A DNA stretch of 54,094 bases, taken from assembly GCF_002571385.2 (NCBI RefSeq), contig NW_019218149.1, positions 250,884 through 304,977 on the forward strand. Direction: 5' to 3'. The DNA comes from Stylophora pistillata (Eukaryota). The translations under genes were made by a program, and so were the position numbers. A model generated the notes under the pieces. That model was given only the letters and a program-made list of their open reading frames with translations. It was not told the DNA's origin and made no database searches. The stretch's first letter is position 1; each line of letters starts with the position of its first letter. Positions 25,119 through 36,504 of this stretch are shown here, piece after piece.

Positions 25119-28100
25119 ATGGCGGCAAAAATTCGTGGAGTTCTTATCGATCTTAGCGGCACAATTCACGTTGAAAATTCAGTAATTCCTGGTTCTATAC
25201 AAGCTCTCAAAAGGTATGGTAGAACTGATACTCACTGAGGTTATTCACAAGTCATATTTTTACGATCACTGCGAATTTTGTTTATGATTGCGCGCCGTAT
25301 GTTTTTACAGTTTGTTTATGTATTTTTCGTAGACTTCGAGAATCTGGCGTTACTGTTCGATTCGTCACCAACACTACAAAAGAATCAAAATCTACCCTAC
25401 TGAGACGTCTGACTGGCATAGGATTTGATATAAAAGACGAAGAAGTTTTTACTTCACTCACAGCTGCTCGTCGTGTAATTGAGCAAAGAAGCCTGCGTCC
25501 AATGTTGTTGTTGCAATCGGACGCCATTGAAGACTTTAAAGGCGTTGACGTAAACAATCCAAATGCAGTAGTAGTAGGACTTGCCCCTGATTGTTTTAAT
25601 TATGAAACCTTAAACAAAGCATTCAGGTACAGATTGGTTCGTAACTAGTTAAACGGCAGTGTGCACCCCTCTCTCCCCACCCGTTGTTCTCGTGTCCCAT
25701 CTTACCCCCCCCCCCAGCCAGTTATCAAGCCTCCTTGCTTAGGCCCACTGGAATATGCTCATGAAAGATGGCCCTACTGTTGGAAAATTATTTTAAGGTT
25801 GTACTTGTTTGAGTTACTTATGTGTATAAATAATTTTTTTAAAGGTTTTTTCAAATTTACAAAAATTTAATGGGCTCATTGATGCACTAGTAAATTATTT
25901 GGATATATCAACAAAGTTGAAATGGTAAATTGGTCACCGTAATGATTACAAAAGCTGACATTTCGAGTGTTAGCCCTTCGTCGGAGCAAATAGAGGAATT
26001 GTGGGTTGTGTGTGCTTTTAAAGGCAGAAAATGGAGCTACGTTATTAGTGGGAACATGGCAACGAGAAAAACATGAATAAATTAGTGGAATGAAAAGCGT
26101 TTCGTTGATCCCTGTGGGATTTAGACTGCCGGTTTGAAAGATGAGCTTTGGTTCAAGATTTTTACGGCTTTCCGTGCCACCTAAGTGCAAGGAAAGACCA
26201 CATGTTCTAAACAACATATGGCAATCTGCTCAAAACGTCAGCTTTTGTAATCATTACGGTGGCCAATTTACCATTTCAACTTTGTTGATATATATCCATT
26301 TATTATTTTGTTATTCCCACCGACGCAGCCCCAAACAGTTTCTTTCGAAACTTTCAGCCTTTATTCACTAGTAAATTACCCTATTTTAGAAACAAGCATC
26401 TTGTGCAGTTTTCTTTTAAATAATAATTAGGCCAGAATCATAAACAGGTGATTGCTCATGAGTGATCAATAGCCTGAGGGTGGCTTATGAAGGGGTGCTG
26501 GGGGAAGAAGTGAAGGTCAAGAACAAAGTTATTTGGTATATCAACTAAGTTGAAATTGTAAATTGGCCACTGTAAAAGAGTTAAAAAGCTGACGTTTCGA
26601 GTGGGCCCTTTGCAGAAAGTGGGGGCATGGCAACGAGAAAAACACATAAACTATTAGAATGAAAAGCGTTCGTTGATACCTGTGGGATTAAGAGTGCCAA
26701 TTTGGAAGATGAACTTTTGTTCGTGAGTTTTGCGGCTTTCCAAGTTACCTAAATGTAAGGAAAGACCGCAGATTGCCATATGTTGCTTAGAATGATTAGG
26801 TAGATTCAGCGACAGAACAAAGTTGTTTTGGATTTTATTGTTGTAATAGAAGGGACTGATGTGCACTGAGATGGCAGTAGAATGCTGATAAAGGCTTCCC
26901 CCCCTTCTCTACTGAATAGTCTTGGAGAGTGAACTAGTATAATTTCACTATCAAGCTGCTTCAACATACTTTTTTTCCAGGCTTTTGCTGGAAGGTTGCC
27001 CTCTAATTGCAATTCACAAAGTACGATACTACAAAAGAGGAGATGGACTGGCACTAGGTCCAGGCCCCTTTGTTACTGCTCTTGAATTCGCAACAGATAT
27101 CAAAGCTGAAGTTTGTGGCAAACCTCAAGCTTCTTTTTTCAAACAGGCACTGTGTGAAATTGGCTGTGATGTGCAATCTGCAGTCATGATTGGTGATGTA
27201 AGTTACCTAACTTGTTAGACAAAGCTGTTAGCCCACAGGGAGCCCACACAAGCGGCGTATCTGGCCGTTTGTTCCAAATATAAAGAAATATAATTATGGG
27301 AGAATATTGAAGAGTTGTAATATCATAAAATTATATCAAGGAATGTCTATGTTAAGGCTCAAAATAAATATAAACCTACCTCATTTGCTGTGTATTATCA
27401 TTTCTGTGGTTCTAAATAGCGAATTTGAGTGAGTTGGTGGGTTTTGGGTTGACTGTTACTTTACCTTATAAGAAGGAGACCCTTGTTATAATGTAAAATA
27501 ATGCTCAACGCAAAACCCACCAAATCGCTCAAATTCGCCATTTAGAACCACAGAAATGACAATACACAGCAAGTGAGGTAGGTTTACATTTATTTTGAGC
27601 CTTAACATAGACATTCCTTGATATAAGTTTGCGATATTATGACTCTTCAATATTCTCCCATACATTTCTTTATATTTCAAACAAACGGCCAGACACACCA
27701 CTTGTGTGGGCTCCCTATGGTTAGCCTAACGTAAGTTGGCACCTCATACTCTGTTTTTTTAAAAGGAATTTAAAAGTATTCTTATTTCATCACCTTCTGG
27801 AGTAAAATCTGAAAATAGACCTGTTTCATTTCCCATATCCAATTCAAAATATGCAGTGGTCAAAGTGCTAGCACAAAGAACTCTTTGATCAAGTGTTCCA
27901 GAATTAAGCTCTGATTAGGTTAGTGCATTGTGTTGTCTCTTAATCGCACATTACCTCTTGATTAACAGGATGCAAGGGATGACATAAGTGGAGCAGAATC
28001 CATAGGGATCAAAGGATTTCTTGTTCAAACAGGTATGCAAAAAATGAAACCTTTTTTAAACACTGTCTCTAAAAATGATTTTAAACAATTATTTTTTTCA

Positions 28101-28213
28101 TTGCTGTTTCAGGTAAATACCGAGAGGGAGATGAATGTCACCTTGAGAAGCCTCCCTTTGCAGTTTGTAAAGATTTCTCTGTAGCAGTGGATCAAATACT
28201 TGCAATGTTATGA
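25119..28213 (+). CDS. HDHD2: Haloacid dehalogenase-like hydrolase domain-containing protein 2, 5 exons, 256 aa
   Basis: Exons: 25119-25213, 25333-25626, 26981-27197, 27969-28032, 28113-28213 (771 nt). Motifs: [82 protein letters not shown]. Confidence 0.93.
25898..26365 (-). mobile_element. Penelope-like 3' fragment (GIY-YIG C-terminus, pLTR with hammerhead motif, inverted pLTR), 13-bp TSD
   Basis: Peptide [34 protein letters not shown]. Hammerhead-like motif at ~25953-25987 on the minus strand. CACTAGTAAATTA is duplicated at 25885-25897 and 26366-26378. Confidence 0.8.
26531..26813 (-). mobile_element. Second Penelope-like 3' fragment, 11-bp TSD
   Basis: Peptide [60 protein letters not shown] is duplicated at 26520-26530 and 26814-26824. 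Confidence 0.8.
27234..27719. mobile_element. Foldback MITE with about 240-bp inverted arms and 7-bp TSD (P-element-like termini)
   Basis: Ends are CACAGGGAGCCCACACAAG and CTTGTGTGGGCTCCCTATG. GTTAGCC is duplicated at 27227-27233 and 27720-27726. Confidence 0.8.
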
Positions 28214-28972
28214 TGTAGCTTGGCAAAAATCAGTCAGGAAATCATAATTTATGTAAAGCAAATTGAACTCTAACTGTACAAGAACTCAAGGTCTTGGAGC
28301 TGTTTCTACTTTTCTAGAGATTTCACACCAATTTGGTGCTATAATACAAGGGGAGTGAAAGATGGATTGACAAGCAACAACTATTTGGTTATGAAATTCA
28401 GTTAATATAAGAGGGATAACACAATGAGCATATTTCACAATCCCTTTTACAATATGGGGAGAGGTGGGTTGAAGCCCCAGTCTCCCAGTCGTGAGGTTCA
28501 GGTCTGAGACCTGACCTGGTCAGTTTATTTTGTTGTGTTCTTAGGCAAAACACTTTACTCTCTCAGTGTCACTCTCCACCCGTGAGTATAAATGGGCACT
28601 GGTGAAGTGTCAGAGAAGCCTGATTAAATGTCGGGGGGGGGGGGGTAAGTTTAAGTGGTTCACTTAATTTCTAACCCTGCTAGTTAACAAACATGAGGAC
28701 TATGTATATTTTTAACTTGATTTTATCCTCTACATTTTATATAATCTTAACTTATTTTTCTTTTCTCTTGACTATCTTTTATTACCAATATTGTTATAAT
28801 ATATGTGCATATGGACTTTTATAATTTTTGGATGCAGGTCCACATCAGCCCTTGGCTGGCATATTATGTAACATAACCTGCTTTATCAAATAAACGTATG
28901 TATGTACGTATGTATGTATGTAAGTGTCTAACTCTTGATAATAAGTTCCAATGCTCTCTTGCCAGAGCCTTG

Positions 28973-30780
28973 TCATCTTGAAAAGTATTCCTCCAAATAG
29001 TTTAAGAGTATTTGTACTTTCATAGTGTTTACACCAACTCCAAAGTGAGTTCCATCAAAACTGTGAACACCCATTGTCATATTAAAGCTATCAAACATAG
29101 TGATATTGTGGTGATTGCAGTATTTTAAAAGATTTTCATTGAAAGACAAAATGGCTGGATTTCCCTGGTCGTGATGATAGTTTATTGGCTTTAAAGGACC
29201 CATAGAATGAGTTGATAACCATATAAGGTGTGGCCAGCCATTTCTGGATGTCGAAACCAATTGTACTGCAGGTTCAAGGTAGGATTGAATAACTGCTGAT
29301 GCATTAAAGTTGTTGTGAATACCAATTCCCATGAGAACAATGGAACCAACTTTGTTCAAGAGTTTTCTGATTGCAAGTAGGGCTAACTGTGCCAGCTCAA
29401 CTTTGTATGCTTTCACATATGATATCTTAAACCTTGCCCAGCCGTTACAGAAGTTTGGGTTGTCCATAATGTCACGCCATGTCATGGCCGTGTGAACGTG
29501 ACAGATGCTGTCAACAAACTGGCTGTCACCTTTACAAATGTCACGCATTCTAGGTGGTGTTTTGAATTTTAATGCACCATATAGCGGGTCATTTGTCAAT
29601 AGTATGACCATAGCCGAGAAAAAATGCCGCACAAGGGAATCACCAACGAAAGTCACGCTACTAACTCCATGTGACAATGACTCACAAGCAGAAGATTGCG
29701 TGAAGTTCCTTACTTGGCAGCCATTAAGTGGCCTCCACTGTGCAAGCTCAGCGGAGATGAAAGATCTATAATTTATGCAGCTTGAACAGGCGCAGAATTT
29801 GTCACCATGACCACACCATCCTGTGTTTCCATGGCAACAATAAAACTGGCTGTCGGTGTCGCACTGTGCTTGTACATCAAAGACGTAGGGTCTGTCTGCC
29901 TTTCTTGTCTTACGCGGGAGAGGGAACAACGGTCCACAGCGGAGATCGCCGTGAGACAAACGTTCAGGCCATCCTTTGCGCTCTCTTAACATCATATCAA
30001 ATCTCCGTCTGTTTCGTATGACGTCATCGCTAACGTTTCTTCGTTCCCAGTTTCCTCTAGTCAATGTTTTGAACGCGCCTCGACAGCGCAAGTGTGCGGA
30101 CTGGGGATAAGGAGGGTGGAAAGGAGTTCGCAGTTCATGTTTCATATAACAAGAAAAATAGTAGACATATAACAAAGTTGTGATGAAGAGAAATACTGTG
30201 CAACTCTGACGACAGCAACACCAGGGTTCTCCTATGGAAAGAAACAAAGAAGTTAGAAAATTATGAAAACCATCTTCAAACAATCTGATAGATTTTGTCC
30301 CTGTGTGATGGGCTGACTAAAAGAAAAGTTAGAAAAATTTACGAACCATCTTCCCCCATGCTCCCCGATAGTATGACAATGAATGAGTTGACCAAAATTG
30401 TTCCAAAAAGATAGAATGTGAAAGGGCTCTAACCACGAACATAACTTTCCGCCAAGCGTTCACTCCCTTCAGGAGAAAGAGTTAATGACCCCTTTCAAAG
30501 GAAATTTAAAAAATGTACTGCTGATTAAAGATTTCTGCGCATTTTTGCATGTAAAGCGTTAATAGTTCAAGCCTTCGTTTTCTTTATCCGCAACGCGCAC
30601 ATTATGCGTGTTAACCAATCAGGTTAAAGATGCCGCCAACCCATGATGGCCGCTCGTTGAATGGTTCGCTGGATTTTTGCGCCTTGCTGGGTTGCTTAAA
30701 GTGGGATACACCCTCTTACGCAAATTCTTATCGGTCGATTCAGTGTCCGTATTCCAAACTGTTTGATGGCCACCGACCAT
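28973..30780 (-). CDS. Type-II membrane protein with a hevein-like Cys-rich module and an SGNH/PC-esterase-like domain (about 439 aa)
   Basis: Main exon 28973-30231 follows a strong acceptor (CTAAC...TTCTTTCCATAG). Tentative phase-compatible exon 1 is 30720-30780 (ATG...C|GTAAGA). TM segment TVFLFITTLLYVYYF; Cys module DLRCGP...CDTDSQFYCCHGNTGWCGHGDKFCACSSC; catalytic-type motifs FVGDSLVR, GIGIHN and DGTH. Confidence 0.8.
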
Positions 30781-33488
30781 TTGAAATTATTTTATATGGC
30801 TTGCTTGAGTTGCTTTTAAGTTTCATTGCAATGCATTCGTTTCGCAATGGCGAAATAGTATAGTTGAGGCTCAAACTACCTCGGAGAAAGAAAAAAACGA
30901 TAAAATACGATACAGCAATTGTAAGAATAGGATAATGTCTTCGCGGAAAATATGTTTGCCAAAGATTGCTCAAAGACAACTTTTTTTACAGCGTAACTTT
31001 TTTATTACATTGTGTGATTGGAATGAGCAGTCTGGTTTTGTATACAAACTACTTTTATCTGGCTCAAATCCTTATGCAAATGTTTTGAAGACTTAATTTA
31101 TAACATGAATTTCCAGATTTGGTTAGAAGGGTTCAACTGATTAAAATTTAAACTGCCTCTGAGAAATTCTAGATAATTAAATTCAAATGTTTGCTGATAT
31201 GATTTACAGATCATTTCCTGAACATACCTTCATCGCACTCCGTGATTTTCTGGGTCGGCATCAAAACAGTCTAAGAAATTTCAAGCAAACGCAGCCCGAT
31301 TCATCATGTAAAAGGACGCGCACATCCATGGCGATCAGTGAATTCTTTGAACGGGTTACTCATGGCTTTAAAATTTGTAATGAACAATCTTTGAACTATG
31401 CATGATTCTTGAATAGTTTGCTTTGATGAAGCAATCAAAATTCTCGAATTCCGTGCGCCTTTGACAACCGTTGATGCTTTTTAAAAAATTTTTCAACGCC
31501 TCTAGACACTTGGTGTTCACCATTTACCAAAAAAATTACGCACCCCATTTCACTCACCTGTTTTAAACTTTTTGTCATCCATCACAGGTCAATACTTTCC
31601 CGCAGGTTTGAATCCTTGACAGTTAATTTAATAATGCCAGCTGTGCTAACTTAACTTGATCATAGAACCGCCGACGGCCTCTAATGTACCAAGCATCGTG
31701 CTAGTTTTCCCAAATGAAAATCTTATCAGAAGATGAGAAAAATTGAACCAGCTTCGTCAAGCAGATAACAGCCAAACGTCCCGTGAAGGTTACAATGTCG
31801 TTTCACTGTGATTCACGACAAGAGGACCTTGAATATTTTATCAAAACTGCTTGGGCAAAACAACGGGGGTATCTTTGACCCAAGTCCTTGGCTGATGTGT
31901 GGTTATATCCTATTATCACCCCTGACGCTTGCTCCTTTTCTCAAACCAATTTGTTGTCAACTTCAAACAAACATGCTTGTTGCTGGTGTTTTCTCTGACA
32001 GTCTTCATGAACATCAAGAACCCGCTGACGGAAGATATTTCCCGATTCACTTGGAAAACTATAGCGGGTGCCTCCATGGTTTTTCTGAAGACAAGCGAAG
32101 CAAAGTAAATGGTACCAGTTGACTTCTTGACGCTGTTTTATAAGCAATCACGTTATTTTCAAAACAAAAACAATCTCAGAAGGTTTCACTGGTTAAGCAA
32201 GGGAACAGGCACTTGATGGTCAGTTCTGTAATGTTTTCAATACAGGTTGTGATGAGGTACCGAGGACCCACCAGTGAACAAAGAAAGCGATTCTTCACGA
32301 TCAGTCTTCGCGACTCTCCCGACCATAATCGGAAAATTACGAATGCACGAATAAAAGGATTTCCGGTTAATTTATGGTTTGAAGTGAATTTGTCTATTTT
32401 GAGGTTATCTGCAGGAAAACTTCAACTACATTGTACGCAGTTGGTTGACTTGCAATAACCCTGCTTATTTTCGACCGTGGTTCGGAAAGTCATGATTGCC
32501 TCAGCGAAATTTGCCAGTTTTCGCGGATAAACTTCAGAAAGTGGCGACACTCGCGTTATGAACGTATTGTTAAGGAAACGAACTATATTTATAGAGTGTT
32601 TTTATTTTTTATTGTCTTATTTTTTTCTTCATTTTTTTTTCTTTTTTGTTCTGTTTCCTTCTATGACAAAAGAGTCGCATCGCAAATTTTCCGCCAAACT
32701 TCCCATCTTGTTTTTTTACCGAATTTTCCTGACTGAAAACGAGCCCAATTATTCTCCAAAGCCTCTTTAGTCTACGCTAATCTTTAATATTTTGAAGTGT
32801 AAAGTTTGTTTGCTAAAGCATTCTTGTCTCACTAAGCTTTCGCGATGTGTCACGTTTGACGTAAACAGAGCGGAAAGGTCAAAGGAAACCAGCTTAATTC
32901 TTACCGGAACGATTAGAAAAATCCGGACAGATACAAAGAAAATAGTTTAATTCATTTGTGTATGTGTGCGTGCTTGAAAGAATATCAAGTGGACAATGTA
33001 ACCAATCTTCCTTATCCTAAGTAGCATAAAGAACTATCTATAAAATGCAGTCATAGAAATCATCAACATTCCTTCCCTAAGCTGTGAGAAAACATGCAGA
33101 TCCGCTGTGCATGTCGTTTAAATGTTACAGTTGAATGGGAGTCGGCGCTTCCACATAAAACCAACTTGAATCTCTTTTATCTGTGTGGGTGTGTTTTAAC
33201 TCGGGCGGAAAACCGCAATTTGTGAAGGAAGCGACGGATTTAAAAGCATTGGATTAAACTGAGCCTTCATATATATTTTCTTACTGCACTTCCATGATCA
33301 ATATAATCAGAGTAGTATCACGATCCAAACACAAATTAAGTCGCGCGCTGATTGGCTAAAAGCGTTTACGTAAGTTAGAAAAAGACAGTCTTCAACCCTT
33401 GTTATCGAATACTAAGCGGCGAATGTTAACGCCTCATTAGGATCAGAACAACTTATACTCGAAAGATGAAGTGATTAATGTAATAGAA

Positions 33489-34676
33489 ATGTCAGAAGAA
33501 TTCACCTCGCCGCGAAATTCGTACCACAGTATTGGAACAATTATTGTCGAAGTCTCAGTTTGTGCTCTGATTGATGGGTTGGCTCTCTTCGGAAACGTGT
33601 TGGTATCTCTGGCAGTGATTCGCAGCCCAAAGCTGCGCACTTCAACAAACATGTTTATACTTGCGTTAGCCATCGCGGATATTCTTATGGCATTAATCTG
33701 CATCCCTATAACTTGCGGGATACTTTTCTCAGAAGCCTGGATCGACACGAGTGTTCTTTGTGATATTCAGGGATTTGCTATCCTCGCGCTGGCCTTCATG
33801 TCAATAGGCACTTTGGCGCTAACGGCTATTAACCGGTTCTTTCGAGTTGTGAAACCTGTTATCTACAAACGCTTCTTCACCAAAAGAAATTCTTTGCTTC
33901 TAATTTGGACGCTGTGGTTTTTGATCATCACCTTTTACGCAAGTTTGCTTCTGAGCAGAGCGAGTTACATCCGTTACGAACCCAGTTATGCAGTTTGCGC
34001 AGTTGCGCATAGATTTATGCAAACGTTGGTGGAATTTGTGTTTGTTGTTGTGGCTTTCATAGTTATTGTTGTGAGTTACACACTTGTGTTCAACAGAGTA
34101 CGAAGACATCATATTTTGGTTGTTTCGTCTCTAGTGCGCCAACAGCGGAATTTGAGTATCTCTGTGGAAGAAATTAAAATTTCGAAGCTTCTTTTTATGA
34201 CTGTGCTCGCATTTGCCATTTGTTGGATTCCAAGTTTAATAATTATCACAATGGACCGTGCGTCACCTGACACCACTCCCCCTAGACGACGGACTCTGTT
34301 ATGCACTTACCTTAACTATCTCAGCGTGGCCTTGAACCCTCTCATATACGGCGTCATGAATCGTTCCTTCAGAGCAGAATATAAGAGAATTCTTCTCTGT
34401 CGTAAGAACCAGGTTGACGTGCCTCCCAATGGTAACATGAGTCTTAAGTCATTTACAAACACTGCACGCGCAGCAGTGATCTGGAAAAGAGCTACAGAGA
34501 ACAAGACAGAAGCGGCAAAAATCGCGTTCGCGTCACGCAACCAAGATAACTGTAAAAAAACGTCACGCGAAGAAAAAGAGGATCCTTTTCTGCAGCGCTT
34601 ACGGAGATCTTCAGGTTGTTCTGGGGCAGTCTCGTTTTCGCATATTTCTCGTACTTCTACACCAACTTTACAATGA
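33489..34676 (+). CDS. Intronless class A GPCR, melatonin-receptor-like (395 aa)
   Basis: Seven hydrophobic segments with GNVLV (TM1), LAIAD (TM2), AINRF (TM3), CWIP (TM6) and NPLIY (TM7). First in-frame ATG at 33489. Confidence 0.88.
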   Translation: MSEEFTSPRNSYHSIGTIIVEVSVCALIDGLALFGNVLVSLAVIRSPKLRTSTNMFILALAIADILMALICIPITCGILFSEAWIDTSVLCDIQGFAILALAFMSIGTLALTAINRFFRVVKPVIYKRFFTKRNSLLLIWTLWFLIITFYASLLLSRASYIRYEPSYAVCAVAHRFMQTLVEFVFVVVAFIVIVVSYTLVFNRVRRHHILVVSSLVRQQRNLSISVEEIKISKLLFMTVLAFAICWIPSLIIITMDRASPDTTPPRRRTLLCTYLNYLSVALNPLIYGVMNRSFRAEYKRILLCRKNQVDVPPNGNMSLKSFTNTARAAVIWKRATENKTEAAKIAFASRNQDNCKKTSREEKEDPFLQRLRRSSGCSGAVSFSHISRTSTPTLQ

Positions 34677-35490
34677 AGATAGTTCATAGAGAAAAAGATT
34701 GTAAAGCGTTGCGTGACAAAAACTAGTATAAAGCCGTGGTTGCCTCGCCACCCGCACTCTTCAAAGAAAATTGTAATTCGAAATAACACAATTTTATTTT
34801 TATTTTTTCGTTTCTATGAATTGTGTTTACAAGTGTTCACTTTACCTGTCTTTGACCCAAACTCAACCCCAAACACACGGTAAATAAGGTTTACGAACTT
34901 AAGCAATTGTTACAAAAAGATTACAAATCACACTATTAAATATTGTATGGCAAGAGAAAAGGTTTTTAACCATAACCAGTTAGTTAACATTAGTCGTGGG
35001 ACCTTTAGTTAACAAATAAAATAGCTATAATATTTCCTTAAATGAGATAACAACAACAACTGATCAAACTCCGGCTCGTAACGAAAGCGGAACTACAGTT
35101 TCACGGTTTGCAACTCCCCTCCCCACAAAAAAGGAATGTAAATGTTTCTAATATATTACTGTTGTTGTTAAGGTATATCTGCGTAATTCGAGCCAAAATT
35201 TAGAAGTACAGTAGTATAGAGTAGTTTTCAATCGAGTGTGTTAAAACTATCACATCGACTATAATCAGTACAAACAATAACGTCATCATTAACCAATGGG
35301 AACTCAAAGTGAAAACAAGCACACTGCTTGAAGCGCGGGAAAATGCGAAGGACAAAGTCGCGATAGTTTTCAGTGTTGCATCTGATTGGTTAAGAGGGCA
35401 GCGTGAGTTTTCTAGACCAATCATAAAGCGAAGTAAAGTTAAACTAAAGCAGTCACGGTTTTCTTGCGACACTCAATGAACAATTACAAT

Positions 35491-35704
35491 AGTCCCTTTT
35501 ACAGTTGTGGGCTTGGTGGCCAAGCCTTTGAACAGGAGTGAGGCTAAGGGTGACCTTGTTACGATAGACATGTTGCTGCTTTTCAAATGCAAATTTCTTT
35601 GTTATCATGCTAAGTAGATACAGGTCTCTATCACAACAGGGTCACCCTTAGTCTCACTCCTGTTCAAAGGCTTGGCCAACAAGCCCACAACTGTAAAAAG
35701 GACT
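35491..35704. mobile_element. Palindromic MITE (about 80-bp inverted arms)
   Basis: AGTCCCTTTTACAGTTGTGGGCTTG... pairs with ...CAAGCCCACAACTGTAAAAAGGACT. Confidence 0.75.
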
Positions 35705-36309
35705 ATTCTGCCTTTTGACTGCCATAGTAGAATTTGCCGCAGTATCAAAATAACACCCTCTGGATGATAAGTTTTAAATTCTCATTACCTGCCTGCTGAC
35801 GTTAATGTCAGCTAAGGTGTTTTCATCTCGTTAACAAAAAGCTATATAAATAAACCACAAAACAGCTATTTTTACGCAAAATAGTAGCACAGTATGCTTT
35901 GACAATTGATCTTTGAAATTCGATAATGCAAAACTCAAAATTATTCGACAAAGTACCACGCGTGTTATATTCGCGTCGCGCTGGCCGATGAAATAATCTG
36001 AACTACTTTTATGTAAAGTCGATCCTTAATGCGAAATGATCTGCGCGGGGTGCTAACAATTGTGAGCATGCAGTGTTTTCAACATTTTTCGTTGCAAAAT
36101 TTTCTGTGCTTTCCTTCCTCCACATCAAATATTTACACGCAAGGCGAACTGGTTGGGTTGAATATTCAGCCTACAAAATAAACTGCTACACGAATGAGAT
36201 TTAAGAGTTCCTCTACAGAAAAACTAAGGTATTCTTACCTTAAGATTCAAGAAAAACCGTCTTCTCTGTTAACCTGTTCGAGACCATTTTATCTCAAGTG
36301 ACAAGGGCT

Positions 36310-36504
36310 TAGGAGCCGACCATTTAACTCTTGAAGGGGGTGGGTGATTTTGAAAAAATTTCCTGTAAGCTCTTGTTGGAAGAAAAAAATTGCGTGCACC
36401 CCAAATGTAACAGAAAAAAAAGAGCACTTAGAACGGAAAAAAAATATCCTGCCCAGCAGATTGCTCGAAAAAAAATTTCTTGATGACCAGAAATCACCCA
36501 CCCC
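36310..36504. repeat. Dispersed repeat, same family as ~16700-16925
   Basis: Both loci share GGGGGTGGGTGATTTTGAAA...TTGTTGGAAGAAAAAA...TAGAACGGAAAAAAA...CTTGATGACCAGAAATCA. Confidence 0.75.

Noticed and set aside
25119-25213. Non-canonical HAD motif I (DLSGT rather than DxDGT)
   Set aside because: DxS is normal for the HDHD2/LHPP subfamily.
30232-30283. TTG start of the 436-aa ORF
   Set aside because: This segment is a branch point and polypyrimidine tract ending in AG, so it is intronic.
30800-33400. Short ORFs in intergenic regions (also 43000-47800)
   Set aside because: No recognisable motifs or consistent exon chain.
33489-34676. Opsin
   Set aside because: No retinal-binding lysine in TM7 (TYLNYLSVALNPLIY).
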